Under the pieces are notes generated by a model. That model saw only the letters and a program-made list of their open reading frames with translations, had not been told where the DNA came from and ran no database searches. From assembly GCF_009914755.1 (NCBI RefSeq), contig NC_060931.1: DNA of 64,000 bases. One strand, given 5' to 3'. Position numbers and translations under genes: made by a program. Positions 35,503-58,785 of the stretch are shown here, piece after piece; position 1 is the first letter of the stretch; the number at the start of each line of letters is the position of its first letter. This DNA comes from the human T2T-CHM13v2.0 reference genome, Homo sapiens.

Positions 35503-35739
35503 CCAAAGTCTGGGACCTTCCCCTTCTCTCTCACTTGCTCCCACTCTCGCCATGGAACCCTCTGGCTCCCTGTTGCCTTCTGCCATGATTGGAAGCTTCC
35601 CAAGGCCCCCCAAGAAGCAGATACTCCTGACATGCTTCCTGTACAGCCTGCAGAATCATAAGCCCATTAAACTGCTTTTCTTTATTAATGACCCTGCCTC
35701 AGGTATTCCTTTAGAGCAATGCAAAGAATGCCTATCACA
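35503..35739 (+). mobile_element. MST (MaLR) LTR 3' half
   Basis: GCCATGATTGGAAGCTTCC..CTTCCTGTACAGCCTGCAGAA..CTCAGGTATTCCTTTAGAGCAATGCAA. Confidence 0.85.
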
Positions 35740-35964
35740 ACTCTCTTTCCTTGCAGATGAATTAATCACACCCGATCCTTGTCACAGGCTCTGCTGTTGG
35801 GGGAACTCACACTGGGACACCGGGGTGGTGTCCCCTCCCAGCATCACCACTGCCCAGCTATGTGACCTGATTTCCTGGGTCTCCGGGATGTGTTAGGCTC
35901 TCAGTGCCTGGAAAGAATGGAGGTCTGTTTGTCCTATGTCTCAGGTTGTTTGATCGTCACAATG

Positions 35965-36395
35965 TCACCTCCCTACAGGCCTGTTGCTGAGAGGTGTACC
36001 TCCCAGCCCACTGACGTCAGGCTCAGCTGTGAGATGGGAGCAGAGGTGATCCACACTGTGTTACAGCAGAAAATTCACGAGCCATTTTCTCATCCTACCA
36101 TACCCCTTCCCCTCTGCCATGAGACCATCACATTCCAGATTGGGGCCGCCCCTTTAGTCCTGATCCTAGAATAAGGAGGACAGGGAGAAAAACCACTGCT
36201 GATCTGCAGTTGACAATGATGGTGGCAAGAAACCCACCTTCCTCCCTCTCTTCCTCCCCTCTACCTTCCTTCCTCCTCTCCTCCCCTCCCTCCCTCCCTC
36301 CCTTCCTTCCTTCCTTTCCTTCCCTCCCTCCTTCTGTCTTTCTTTCTCTCTCTTTTCTTTCTTTCTTTCTTTTTCTTTCTTTCTTTCTTCTTTCT

Positions 36396-36443
<48 letters not shown>

Positions 36444-36679
36444 TCCTTTCTTTCCTCCTTTATTTTTTCTTTCCTTTCTTTATTTCCTACTTCTATTCCT
36501 CCCTCCTTCCTGCCTTACTTTTTTCCTTCCTCCCTCCTCCTTCCTCCTTCCCTCCCTTTCTTCCTTCCTTCTTTCCTTTCTTCTCCTCTTCTTCTTTCCT
36601 TTCCCACTTCCTTCCCTCCACTGAGATTTTTGGGGCTATTTGTTACTGCAGCATAACCTAACCTTTCCTGACTGATACA
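35965..36679 (+). mobile_element. MLT1J-like LTR interrupted by a CT-rich expansion
   Basis: CCACTGAGATTTT..TTTGTTACTGCAGCATAACCTA..CCTGACTGATACA end. Confidence 0.7.
36237..36618. repeat. ~380-bp polypyrimidine (CCTT/TTTC) tract
   Basis: Direct reading. Confidence 0.95.
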
Positions 36680-37270
36680 TTAGGAAATCCAGCAATGCCC
36701 TCATCTGGCCTCATGAATCTCCACTCCCGGATACAGCCCCTAAGGAAGAAAGTGTCTCTGGCCTTGAGTCCCAGATCCCAGTGGTGAAAGTCTGTGATGC
36801 AGGCTTGATCCTGCAGAGCCCCCTTCTTCCTCAGGTCCAGGGATTGGGGACAAAAGGCTCATGGTTCAAATAAACCTGCCCCAGAGGATGCAAGCAGAGA
36901 GGAAGAGAGCGAGATGGAACAATACTGGCACCCAGTGCCTAAGACCTGATGGCCTGGTCTGCCAGCCTGGCTGCCCCTTGAGAGAAAAGAGACCAGAGTG
37001 GAGGGGCTGGCCCCAGAGGCCAACAAGGAGGAATGGCATGTGTGGCCTGTGTACCATTCTCCCTACATTGTCCCAACTTGCTGCCTAAGTACAGTAGAAA
37101 CTTAGGTCAAAGGAGAGCAGAACATACAAAAAACACTTGAGCCCTCTGAGGCACAGGGACCTAGGTACTAGCAAACAGGCCCCAAACCAGACCAACTCCA
37201 TGCAGCAACCTCTTCCCTTGCACACACAGGGCTGGGGTCATGTGAAGAGAGATTCATGAGTGAGTTTTCA

Positions 37271-37630
<360 letters not shown>

Positions 37631-37654
37631 TAGTAAAACATCTCTTATGTGATA

Positions 37655-38084
37655 GAATCAACCTAAACACCCATCAATGATAGACTGGATAAAGGAAATG
37701 TGGTATATATACATCGTGGAATACTATGCAGTCATAAAAAATCATGAGATCATGTCCTTTGCAGGGACATGGATGGAGCTGGAGGCCATTATCCTCAGCA
37801 AACTAAGGGAAAGAAAACCAAATACCACATGTTCTCACTTATAAGTGGGAGCTAAATGATAAGAACACAGGGACACAAAGTGGAGAACAACACACACTGG
37901 GGTCCACTGGTGGGTGGAGGGTGGGAGGAGGGACAGGATCAGGAAAAATAACTAATGGGTACTAGGCTTAATACCTGGGTGATAAAATAATCTGTACAAC
38001 AAACTCCCATGACACAAGTTTACCTACATAACAAACTTGCACTTGTACCCCTGAACTTAAAAAATAAAAGTAAAAAAAATAAAA
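37655..38084 (+). mobile_element. Older L1PA (PA13-16-like) 3' end
   Basis: GACTGGATAAAGGAAATGTGG..CCCATGACACAAGTTTACCT..CCCCTGAACTTAAAA. Confidence 0.9.
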
Positions 38085-38158
38085 GAGGTGGGAGGAGGGC
38101 CCTCAATTCTAACCCCAGGAAGGGTTCGTGAGTCATATCTTGCTTTCCTGGATGCTGA

Positions 38159-38514
<356 letters not shown>

Positions 38515-38896
38515 TAATTGTGAGATTTGAGAAAGAACTTCATTCACATCTACAGCAAGCTGGTAGATGTTTTTCCCAAATCGTTGTTTCTATGGACCGG
38601 GCAGATGGAATCATTTATCTAAAAGTTCCTCCCATTGGCATCGAACCAGCTGCATCTGATGCCTCTGGGGGTAGAGGCTGCTCTCGACCCAAAATCTCAC
38701 CTTCAGCGCTACCTAGCAACAAACGCAAACACAATCTCCTAAGGCTTGAAAGAGAGGTCCAGTTGCAGCCCTAAACTCCATTTACAGCATTCTAGGGGCC
38801 GAGAGGACCATGGAGGAGAAGAGGGTTGCCAAAGAAACCAGAGTTATTCTATTTTCTTTTCCTTTTTTGAACTTGAAAATAGAAAATCACTGCTGA

Positions 38897-40295
<1,399 letters not shown>

Positions 40296-40545
40296 TGATC
40301 CACTCTCTTCACTTTTGCATCCTGGGATTGTTTACTGACACAATGAAATGCTAATGTTATAGCAAAGATGCCAGAAAACAGAGAAAAATATCCCTTGTCC
40401 CCTGCACTCAGCAGCCCCAGGGTCTGTGGCTGCAGGAAGGTGGACTGTGGCCCAAGGCTGGCCCCAGAAGGCCCCTGTGGGTGCCTGGTGTCAGGGGCAG
40501 CGCAGGTCCTGTGCCCGGACCATTTTCTCTTCTTAAAAGACACTA

Positions 40546-40890
40546 GGCCAGGCGCGGTGGGCTCATGCATGTAATCCCAGCACTTTGGGAGGCTGAGGTG
40601 GGTGGATCACCTGAGGCCAGGAGTTCGAGACCAGCCTGGCCAACTTGGCAAAACCCCATCTCTACTAAAAATAAAAAAAAATTATCTGGGTGTGGTGGCA
40701 GGTGCCTGTAATCCCAGCTACTCGGGAGGTTGAGGCAGGAGAATTGCTTGAACCCAGGAGGCGGAGGTTGCAGTGAGCCAAGATCACGCTGCTACACTCC
40801 TCAGCCAGGGTGACACAGCAAGACTCTGTCAAAAAAACAAAACAAAACCAAAAAACCCCCCAAACAACAACAACAACAACAACAACAAAA
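40546..40890 (+). mobile_element. AluS with (CAA)n tail
   Basis: Full Alu dimer. Confidence 0.92.
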
Positions 40891-40899
40891 ACACCGATC

Positions 40900-41056
40900 C
40901 TTGGATGTAGGGCTGAAATCCAATATGATATCATCTCATGATCTTTAATTTAATTATCTCTGCAAAGACCCTATTTCCAAATAATGTCGCATTCACAGAT
41001 ATTAGAGGTCAGGACTTGGCCGTATCTTTCTGGGAGGCACAATTCAATCTGCAACA
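40900..41056 (-). mobile_element. MLT1 LTR fragment
   Basis: TCTGCAAAGACCCTATTTCCAAATAA..CACAATTCAA. Confidence 0.8.
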
Positions 41057-41477
41057 GAAGGTACTGGTAGTTTATGAAGAGGACTGCACGATCTCATTGC
41101 TGATAGAACAGATCACGCTGGCTGCTCTATGGAGATTAGGCCAAAGTTGGGAGGTGGGGTACGGGGCCACTGCAGGAAGCTGGGCCAGGGATGATGGTAA
41201 AAAAGAAAAAAGTGTCACAGGCTTGTGGACTTTCACGGCTGGGCCTGGGTATTCTCCTGTTAGATGTAAATGATTTCGCAGATCATCGACATCGGGCAAA
41301 AGGCCGCTCTGTGGCCATGACAAATCAAAACAGTAGTCAGACGCCCCCCTTAAATCATGTCTGAAAACCGATAACATGGGGACAGTGTCTGAACCATAGT
41401 ATTAACCAAACATGCTCCATCGTGGCTGACAGGAGAGACTGAGCCTTTGAATTTTTCTTTTTTTAAAAAATCAATCA

Positions 41478-42211
<734 letters not shown>

Positions 42212-42231
42212 GATCAAGTTACTCAATTGTG

Positions 42232-43282
<1,051 letters not shown>

Positions 43283-43376
43283 GGCTGGGTGCGGTAGCTC
43301 ACACCTGTAATCTCAGTATTTTGGGAGGCTGAGGTGGGTGGATCACGAGGTCAGGAGATTGAGACCATCCTGGCTA

Positions 43377-43625
<249 letters not shown>

Positions 43626-43819
43626 TTAGCAGCATGCAATCCAGAACAAAGCCTTGCTTCCTTGAGCTATTCTCCAAAACATACAACCCCAGCATGAATC
43701 CTAAATACATCCTTACAGAGATGTCCTAGGGTTTTCCACGATCTGTGCACGCTTCTTGCATCGCATCAATAAACCCACTTTGTTCAGCTGTCAGTGTGTT
43801 CCTGGTGGTCTTGGAGGGG

Positions 43820-44220
<401 letters not shown>

Positions 44221-44367
44221 TGAAGGTCAGGGCTGGTGGGTAACGTCAGGGTGGTCGTGGAAGAGGATGTGAGAAATGGGTGAATTCAGGACTTTTTGGC
44301 TAGAATCTGTAAGACTGGCTGATGTTTTGGATTTGGGTGGGAGGATGCAGGGAAGAGGGAGGAATCA

Positions 44368-45334
<967 letters not shown>

Positions 45335-46394
45335 TTGGTGACCCAGAAAATCAGGACGTGAATGGAGCAATAGGCAGCTTGGGGCAGGTGTTACTCATTT
45401 TTATTCATCAGTTCCTAAATCTGCAAGGAGTTTGGGGGCAGCTCATAGAGGCAGACACAGCCAGGAACAGTGAAGGGGCTGTTCGTGGTGTCTGAGGGGA
45501 TGGTGGCAGCGGCTGTGGCTCCTGAGCGTCTGTCCTTCCTGGTGGTCTGGTGTTGAGGGCTGATGGGGTGGACAGCAGCTCATCTCTTGGAGGTCCTGCC
45601 AAGTAAAGGGGTGAACTTGGTTCTAGAAGACAATGTCCTTGGCTCTGAGGACGCTGACTTCAGCACTCACCTCCTCTAGCAATTTCAGGTCACTTGGGCA
45701 GTGGGACAGACACAGGGGCAGGAAACTATGGGTAGGAGAGGAGGCCAGGATAAGCCCGGTTGGTGTTCACTTACAAGCTTTCCTTCGCTAGAGTCAGGGC
45801 TCCCGGTGGGGAGAGGAACATTTCATCTTAAGATATTTGCAGATTTATTCACGGAACTTCCCACATATCTGGATGAGGATATACGACTTGCCCCCTGGAG
45901 GAAAGAGTTAAATGAATCGCTAAAGCACAAAATGTTCCTGTAAAATTGCTTCTATATTTTATTAGACGCAGATGAGCATGAATTATTGTGAAGCCAGCAG
46001 GGGAGTTTGCAAATTTGGTTCTTGCCTTTTTCCATCAACAACCCCCAATCACCTAGATGGTGATGGAAGGACTGGTTGAGGGATGCTGGTTTGGGGTAGG
46101 ACCCTTGAATAAAGAGCTCATTCACTTGTTAATTCATCCAGCCATCAGAGGTTTATGGGGCACCTACTGTATGTCAGGGAAAGCAAGCACAATTACAGCT
46201 TGCAGGTATCATTCTTGTTAATCTACCTTCCAACGACACCACCAAGGTCCTTCTGAGATGCGCCATTTTTGTTTCACGGTTATGTTGAGGATGGCATTTG
46301 GGGGAGGAAGCTTCCTTTTGAGCCTCTCAGAGTGCCACTCTTATCTGTGCCATAGAAAAGAAGTCACATTTCACCTACCCCTCCACGGTCAGAA

Positions 46395-46443
46395 ATGCAA
46401 ATTAACATGAAATTCCACTTTCCAACAATCTCCCGATTTGCAT
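46395..46443. promoter_or_regulatory. Candidate POU/SOX enhancer core
   Basis: ATGCAAAT 46395-46402, AACAAT 46424-46429, ATTTGCAT 46436-46443 in unique DNA. Confidence 0.4.
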
Positions 46444-46548
46444 CAAGGTGTAAAACTCCTTGGGAGGAAAATGGACACAGTTGTGCAAAATTGGTTTTCT
46501 AGCTGAATAGATCTGATTAGTTTCTTACACTCGGTGTGGCTCTGTCAA

Positions 46549-47965
<1,417 letters not shown>

Positions 47966-47966
<1 letters not shown>

Positions 47967-48583
47967 TTTCTTTCTTTCTTTTTTTTTTTTTTTTTTTTTT
48001 TTTTGAGACAGGGTCTTGTTCTGTCACCCAGGCTGGAGTGCAGCAGTACACAGCTCACTGCAGCCTTGACCTCCTGGGTTCAAGCAATCCTCCCACCTCA
48101 GCCTCCCAAGTAGCTGGGACTACAGGTGTGCACCACCATGCCCAGCTAATTTTTAAATTTTTCATAGAGATAGGGGTCTCACTATCTCTATGATTGCCCA
48201 GGCTGGTGTTGAACTGCTGGCCTCAAGCAATTCTCCTGTCTTGGCCTCCCAAAGTGCTGGGACTACAAGCATGAACCACCTCACCCTGCCCCTATTTCGT
48301 TTTTTTTTTTTGAGATGGAGTCTCGCTCTGTCACCCAGGCCAGAGTGCAGTGGCATCACTGCAACCTCCATTTCTTGGGTTCAAGTGATCCTCCCACCTC
48401 AGCCTACCTAGTAGGTGGGACTATAGGTGCATGCCACCATGCCTGGCTAATTTTTGTATTTTTAGTAGAGATGGGGTTTCACCATGTTGTTCAGGCTGGT
48501 CTGGAACTCTTGAGCTCTGGCAATCCTCCCTCCTTGGCCTCCCAAAGTGCTGGGATTACAGCATGGGCCACCGCACCCAGCCT
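47966..48583 (-). mobile_element. Two tandem Alus (~47966-48290, 48300-48583)
   Basis: Alu dimers. Confidence 0.92.
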
Positions 48584-48793
48584 AATATGTAATCTTAATT
48601 GAGAGCCACAAGCATTCGTTCATCAGATATCATTTGGTAGTTTTTATTTAATGGGTATATGTCTTTGAAGGTGATGCCACATTGGAAACGGGTCCCATGG
48701 GATTAATTTGGATTACCTTTAGGGAGTGACCATCAGAATTTTGGAACTCAGCTGTTGTGTTCAGTTGAGTCACTTATTAACGTAATCACCCAA

Positions 48794-49862
<1,069 letters not shown>

Positions 49863-50482
49863 ATTGCAGAGCCAAGAGAACGCCACACCGTATTTCATTT
49901 TGTCAGCCAAGAAATGATCTCTCGAGGGCTTATTTTGTGCCAGGCCTGGTGGTGGGTGCCACAGGTACCACCTAACTGTTGAATGTTATGTTACTGAAGG
50001 AATTCATCAGGCTTAAAATAGCACCTGTGTCAAAGGGACGACACTGTGAAAAGCATGCCGTGATCGGAATTACTATTTTTGGGAGGATGCACAGATTTGG
50101 AGGACCAGATTTTCCCATACATTCATTAAACCAAGGAAGTCAAAAAGCTTCATGAAGTTAAAGGCTGGAAAGGAATTTTTAGCATTACCTTAAGAGGTGT
50201 CCCATTTCTTAAGAACTTGGAGTCATTTCTTGATGGAGAAAGGATTCCGGTGGCAGACACTGTGGTCCTATCCATGAGCTCTCCTTGGGATGTGCCAGTT
50301 GTGGTGAGTTTGCTGGGGGAAATGTTTGAGACCACTGTTAGCAAGGACTTGAGAAGTGCACCAGGCATAGTGTACCAAGAGCAGGAGGAAGGGCTTGAGG
50401 TCTCTTTGAGTCCTCATGTGGATGGGTGGGCCCATGACAGAGAAGCACTAGTAGATGAATGTCTGTAAGATCCCATATTGGG

Positions 50483-51606
<1,124 letters not shown>

Positions 51607-51617
51607 TTCTCTCTCTC

Positions 51618-51915
51618 TTTTTCAAGAAATAGGGTCTCACTCTGTCACCCAGGCTGGAGTTCAGTGGCACAATCATAGCTCATTGCAGCAGCCTCGAACT
51701 CCTGACCTCAAGCGATCCTCCTGCCTCAAACTCCTGAGTAGCCGGGACTAGAGGTGTGTGCCTCCATGCTTGGTTAATTTATTATTATTATTTGTAGAGA
51801 TGGGATATGGCTTTGTTGCCCGGTCTGTTCTCAAACTCCTGGTCTCAAGCGAGGATCCTCCCTCCTGGGCCTCCCAAAGTGTTGGGATTACAGGCATGAG
51901 CCACCATGTCTGGCC
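51618..51915 (-). mobile_element. AluJ, host of the PPIA retrocopy
   Basis: TSD AAYRCCTCCATTTCT at 50829-50843 and 51916-51930. Confidence 0.92.
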
Positions 51916-52717
51916 AATGCCTCCATTTCTGAGGTGGACAGTCTCACTGCCCAGAGGAGTGTCTGGCTGGCCTTCATTTGTTAAAGAGCATCTCAACAGA
52001 AGGGGGCCCACCCATTGGAGGTGGTTCAGCTAAGTCTGGAGGCCCACCAATTGGTAGTGGTTGAGCTAAGTCTGGACATTCAGACATGGTGGGCCAGGTG
52101 CTTGTTAGAACCCCTTGGAAGCAAGAATGGCTGAGTAAACCAGGATTTTGTTGCAGAATGGAGTTGGTCCTGAATTCTCACTGTTAGAGTCACCAGCTGG
52201 GGAACCCTTCCAGCAGCCCCCAGGATCAATGACTAAAATGAAGTGGGCAGGCCTGGGGAGCTGGGAATGATGCAGGTGTATCCAAGCTCTGAAGGCAACC
52301 TCTACAAGCCAGTGCCAGTGGGAGGAGGCAGACAGACATCCTCCAGGAGCCTGTTGGGGCTAGAGGGAGTCGCCATGTCCCCAGTATGCTACCAGGGTAG
52401 CAGGGGCATCAGCAGCAGCATCACTGGATGGCCTCTTCTTCCATCCTCTGGCGTTTCACAGACTCACCATGAATGGGACAGATTTCATGACCACTCAGGG
52501 ACTTTTCAGAAATCTAGGAGCAGGGATGACCCTGTACCTTTTTCAGGTCTGAAAGCAAGAAACACCCCATGGGCTGACAGCCCCCACCAGGGAAAGGACA
52601 GCTGTATGCAGCATCTTCCTCCTTAACTGGGCACAGATCCCAGGGGCTGGAGAAGCAGTGTTGACACCTAGGGGCTGGCCACACTGAGATGCCAAACTCC
52701 CCAACTTCTGGGAGGAA

Positions 52718-52912
52718 ATGCATATAATGGATACAGGTATGTTTGAAAATATGCTCATAATGAGTACATATGTGTTTGAATGTATGCGTTGTGAGTACAT
52801 GTGTGTGCATTTGTGTGAGTCTGTGTGAGAGCATGAGTGAAAGTGTGTGATATATGAAGCCAGCCTGATGGGGTTTGGTGGCATTGCTAGAAGCCCCTGA
52901 GAGGAAGGGAAA

Positions 52913-52957
<45 letters not shown>

Positions 52958-53400
52958 TGGGAGTGAGTAGGGTGTATGTGTCTATGTGAGTGTAAGGATA
53001 CATAACTGTGAGTGTGTGTCTTAGTCCAAGGCGGCTGCTATAATGGAATGCACACATTCAAACCACACATAATCTATCTGGCTGTTCTTATGCACCAGTC
53101 CTTGCAATGAATAGCATGTATGTTTGAATGTGTGCATATAATGGGTACGTGTATGTTTGAATTCATGCATATAATGGATACATGTATGTTTGAATATGTA
53201 CACATAATGGGCACACATATGTTTGAATGTGCATTGTGTATATGTGTGTGTACATTTGTGTGAGTCTGTGTAAGTGCATGAGTGAATGCGTAGGATATAT
53301 AAATATATGTGTATGTGAGCTTTGAATGTGTGCATTTGTAAGTATGTGTATATGTGTGAGTGTGTGTTTGAATGTGTGAGGTGGTGTGCATGGATTGAGA
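52718..53400. repeat. Degenerate TG-rich 33-bp minisatellite in two blocks
   Basis: TGTTTGAA recurs at 53121, 53154, 53187, 53220; 52718-52855 resembles 53165-53300. Confidence 0.8.
52914..52956. repeat. (TG)~21 microsatellite
   Basis: Perfect dinucleotide run. Confidence 0.97.
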
Positions 53401-54389
53401 GCATGCGTGAGATCCTGATTTACTATTCTTTAAGAAAGAGCTAATTCTCAAGAATAAGAACAATGGAAGGAGGACATATTAGAAGGAGAGTCACAGGGCA
53501 GAAATTCAGAAATCCAGGATGGATTGAGGGGCTCAGGGAGGAGGAGGGAGGAATAAATGGTAGCCAGGGTGCTGCGTGAATAAGCTATAGACCTATTTTA
53601 GTAGATGCCAGTAGTGGGAAATTTGGAGAGAGAAAGAGATGTCCGGTGAGGATTTTCAGAAAATTTCCATGAAAAGATTTGTCTAAAGCCCCTGGGCCTA
53701 CCTTTTGACGAAGCCGATATGAAAGATTTACATGAGTATACATTGCAAGGACTGGTCCATGAGAACAGCCAAATATATTCAGGTTATACAAGGGAATAAA
53801 GGCCTAGTGGCCATTTCTCCAGGACATCCTACTGTGTAAATTCCAAAGGACACCCAGAGAAGCTCGATATAGATTTGTAAAAAGATAACGTTTTGAATGT
53901 CCATTGGGATATGATGAGTTTCTAAGAAAGAAGCCCAAGGGGGTGGAACAGCTGTTCGCCTATGACCATTGGCCCGATACCTCCCCAGGGAGCATGGCGG
54001 TGCATGGGAATGACATTTGATAGGAACCGCAAAGACACAGCCACATTCATCAAAATATGTTCAGCTGTTTGCATTCACTCTGGCTCAGACATTAGAGGAG
54101 ATTTCCTGGCTTATGTGACTGAAAGGCCAGAGGCAGAGTGGGTGCCAGCATGGGTTTCATTTAGTGAGTCCAGTGTCATGAGGGTTTCTTCCTATCTCTG
54201 CTTTGCTTTCTGTGATGAAAGCTTTATCCCCAGGACGGCTCCTCTTCCTGGGTCCACATCATCTCTTCCACACCACCTGGGTAAACAGGGAGACACTCTG
54301 GCCCAAGATGTCAAGGGTGAGTCCTGAGATCCACCTGGCAGACAGTAATGACCATGGACGGGGACCAGCAAGGTTCAGACACCTGCTGA

Positions 54390-54740
<351 letters not shown>

Positions 54741-55079
54741 TAAGGCTGGCTTATTTTCCTGGCTCTGCCCCTACTAAACACCATAGGGGACTCCTGCTCC
54801 TGGAATGATCAGAGCCACCTTGGGGCCAGCTGCCCCTCTGCAGCACAGATGCTGAGCTGGGGACTCAGAGAAGGACATCAGTGATAGCCATCTTCTTCCC
54901 AAGAAGGCGCTGGTGCAGGGCGATGGTGGAGATACCCCTGAATTTCTGAGCTGTGGGCTCACAAGGTTGGGGGTGCAGAATGAATGAGGGGTGGGACCCA
55001 GTGTATATGAGGAGGCAGCCTGGATTTTGAATCCCAAGCTTGGAGGACACAGATCATCTGTTTTTGCAGTCTGACATCT

Positions 55080-55411
55080 GAAGCCCTGTCCTAGGCATTC
55101 CCAAAGCCCCTCCTTAAGCATCTTGGTGAGCAGTGGGGACACCTCCCACTCTAGGAACTGAAAACACGAGGTCTTCCATTCCCAGCATGTCTTGCAGCCT
55201 GAGCATGTGACCTGAGCTCAGCCAATCAGAGACGTCTGCTCTTCCTGGGCACTCCTTCCGGTGGTGGTGGTCACGTGGACCATGTTGTCTCGGGGCAGCC
55301 ATGCCTTTCCCAAATTCAAATGTGTGGACTCTCTAGTACCCTGCCCATCAGTTCCCTTCTGTCTAATTAACAATCCAACTCTGTTGCTTGCGACTCATAA
55401 GCTGGCTGATA
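55080..55411. mobile_element. Old ERVL LTR (LTR16/LTR33-like)
   Basis: ATTCCCAGCATGTCTTGCAGC..ATGTGACCTGAGCTCAGCCAATCAGA..TCTGTTGCTTGC..GCTGATAC. Confidence 0.5.
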
Positions 55412-56432
55412 CGAAAGGGAATGCAGCCCACCAAAGTCAGCCTGGGGATGTCGAAGGGGGTCCAGGGAGCAGGGCTGGACACCCCAGGACAGGGCAGCCA
55501 GGAGAGGATCCTGGGTCAAATGTAGGGGTCCCCTGAAGTGAGGGAGGACAATGACAGATTCACTGCACAGCCCGGTGAAAGCAAAACTGTCAGTCCCCAA
55601 TACCATCCTGCCCCGACTATCCAACAGGCTGTGTGACCTTGGGCCACCGCCTTCCCTCTCTGAGCTTGGCTCCTCCTGTATGGGCTGGGAGCTGGCGTTG
55701 GTAATCTCCAGGGGGCCCCCTCCTCGCCTTTGCCTCTCTGTCTCTGCATTTGGGCTGTGCTGTGGTGGCTGGCGGCTCTGGGTGCTATCTGCCTATCAGT
55801 CCAAAGCCTCGGGAATCAGGCCAGGCCTCGGCCCACCTGGGGAGCAAGCAAGTTTTATTTTATTTTCTCTTTCCAGGCTTTGGCGAAAGGCTGTCCCCGA
55901 TGGGAGACAGCTTGGGGGGTTCCGGAGGCAGGAGGGAGATGAGCTCCGTACTGCAGATCTTCAGGCAATCTGAGGAAAAGTAGGAGAATTTAAAGAGTCG
56001 TGAGACAACCTCCCAGGGAGTTCCCAAGACCAGCCTAGGGCAAAACCGGGGATGAGGGCTCAGCCCAGGCTCGGTGAACAGCTACCCCTGGCAGGTATAA
56101 ATAACGAAACGCTGTAACTACTGACAGAACCACACCATTCGAAGGGTGCTTGTGAATTCTCTTTGTTTTCTCCTCTGCACCTGTGGAGTGCCCGCTATGT
56201 GTGTCCGCACCTGCCAGGGAAGCTGAGAGGCCTGGCTGGCTGCTTCGGGTTTGAGCGAGGACAGCAGCTTGGTTCTGAGTTAAGCAGACTGCATCAGAGG
56301 TAGCCAAGTATTGAGGCTTCTGCTGGGCCCCGCACCGTGTTCCCCAGCCAGTCAGGGCTACCGGGGACCCCTTTGTCCACACTGGGCACTGGGCTGAGTT
56401 GGGCTTCTGCCCGAGAGCCATTCATGAAGGTG

Positions 56433-56810
56433 TGTAACACACAAGGCCCAGTCAGGAAAAGAGAAACCACTCTGGGTATTTCAGAGTGAACTTGTTGGTT
56501 ACCCAGGTATAGTAGGGAGTTAAGAAACAGAAAGGGTAAAATGAGGCAAGCCAGAGATTAGCAACGCAGAGAGCCGCAACCACCCCTAGGGTTGGTAAGA
56601 CCCAGGGGGATGTGGATTTCCTGGAGCCAAGGATCTGGGCCATGGGGTTGGGGGCGGAGCCGTGGCAGGGGCTGACCATAGGGAGCTGGGACCACGGAGG
56701 GAGGGACTGTGCAGCAGGGGCTGTGACTGTGGAGGAGCCACCACCAGAGGCTTTACCCAGAGGAAGAGAGAGCAGGAGAAATTCCCTGGTTTCTCCCTTT
56801 ACCCCATCTT
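56433..56810. mobile_element. Old LTR (LTR33/LTR78-like) fragment
   Basis: CCCAGTCAGGAAAAGAGAAACCACTCTGGGTATTTCA. Confidence 0.4.
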
Positions 56811-56817
56811 CTAGTCT

Positions 56818-58350
<1,533 letters not shown>

Positions 58351-58658
58351 GTTTTGTTTGTTTGCTTTTTTGTTTTGAGACAGAATCTCACTCTGTTGCC
58401 GAGGCTGGAGTGCAGTGGCGCGATTTCGGCTCACTGCAACCTCTGCTTCCCAGGTTCAAGTGAGGCTTGTGCCTCAGCCTCGTGAATACCTGGGATTATA
58501 GGTGCACACCACCATTCCTGGCTAATTTTTATATTTTCAGTAGAGACGGGTTTTCCCCGTGTTCGTCAGGGTGGTCTTGAACTCCTGGCCTCAAGTGATC
58601 ACCCCACCTTGGCCTCCAAAAGTGTTGGGATTACAGTTGTGAGCCACTGCCCCCAGCC
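58351..58658 (-). mobile_element. AluS
   Basis: Full Alu dimer. Confidence 0.92.
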
Positions 58659-58674
58659 ATCTTTTATTTTTTTG

Positions 58675-58785
58675 TTTTCTTAATAAACTTGTTTTCACTT
58701 TACAGACTCACCCGGAACTCTTTCTCATGCGAGATCTAAGAACCCTCTCCTCTTGGGGTCTGGATCTGGGCCCTTGCCTGTAACA
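58675..58785 (+). mobile_element. LTR8-like ERV1 LTR 3' end
   Basis: AATAAACTTG..GCGAGATCTAAGAACCCTCTC..TTGGGGTCTGGATC..TGTAACA. Confidence 0.75.

Noticed and set aside
38600-38720. tRNA gene or pseudogene suggested by a B-box
   Set aside because: Poor A-box and no cloverleaf stems; kept only as a low-interest motif.
53113-53230. Regularly spaced repeats resembling a CRISPR-like array
   Set aside because: Whole 33-bp units are similar with no unique spacers, there are no cas genes, and the context is primate; it is a minisatellite.
55215-55285. CCAAT box, ETS-like word and CACGTG suggesting a promoter
   Set aside because: Lies within an old ERVL-type LTR where the CCAAT word is part of the consensus; no CpG island.
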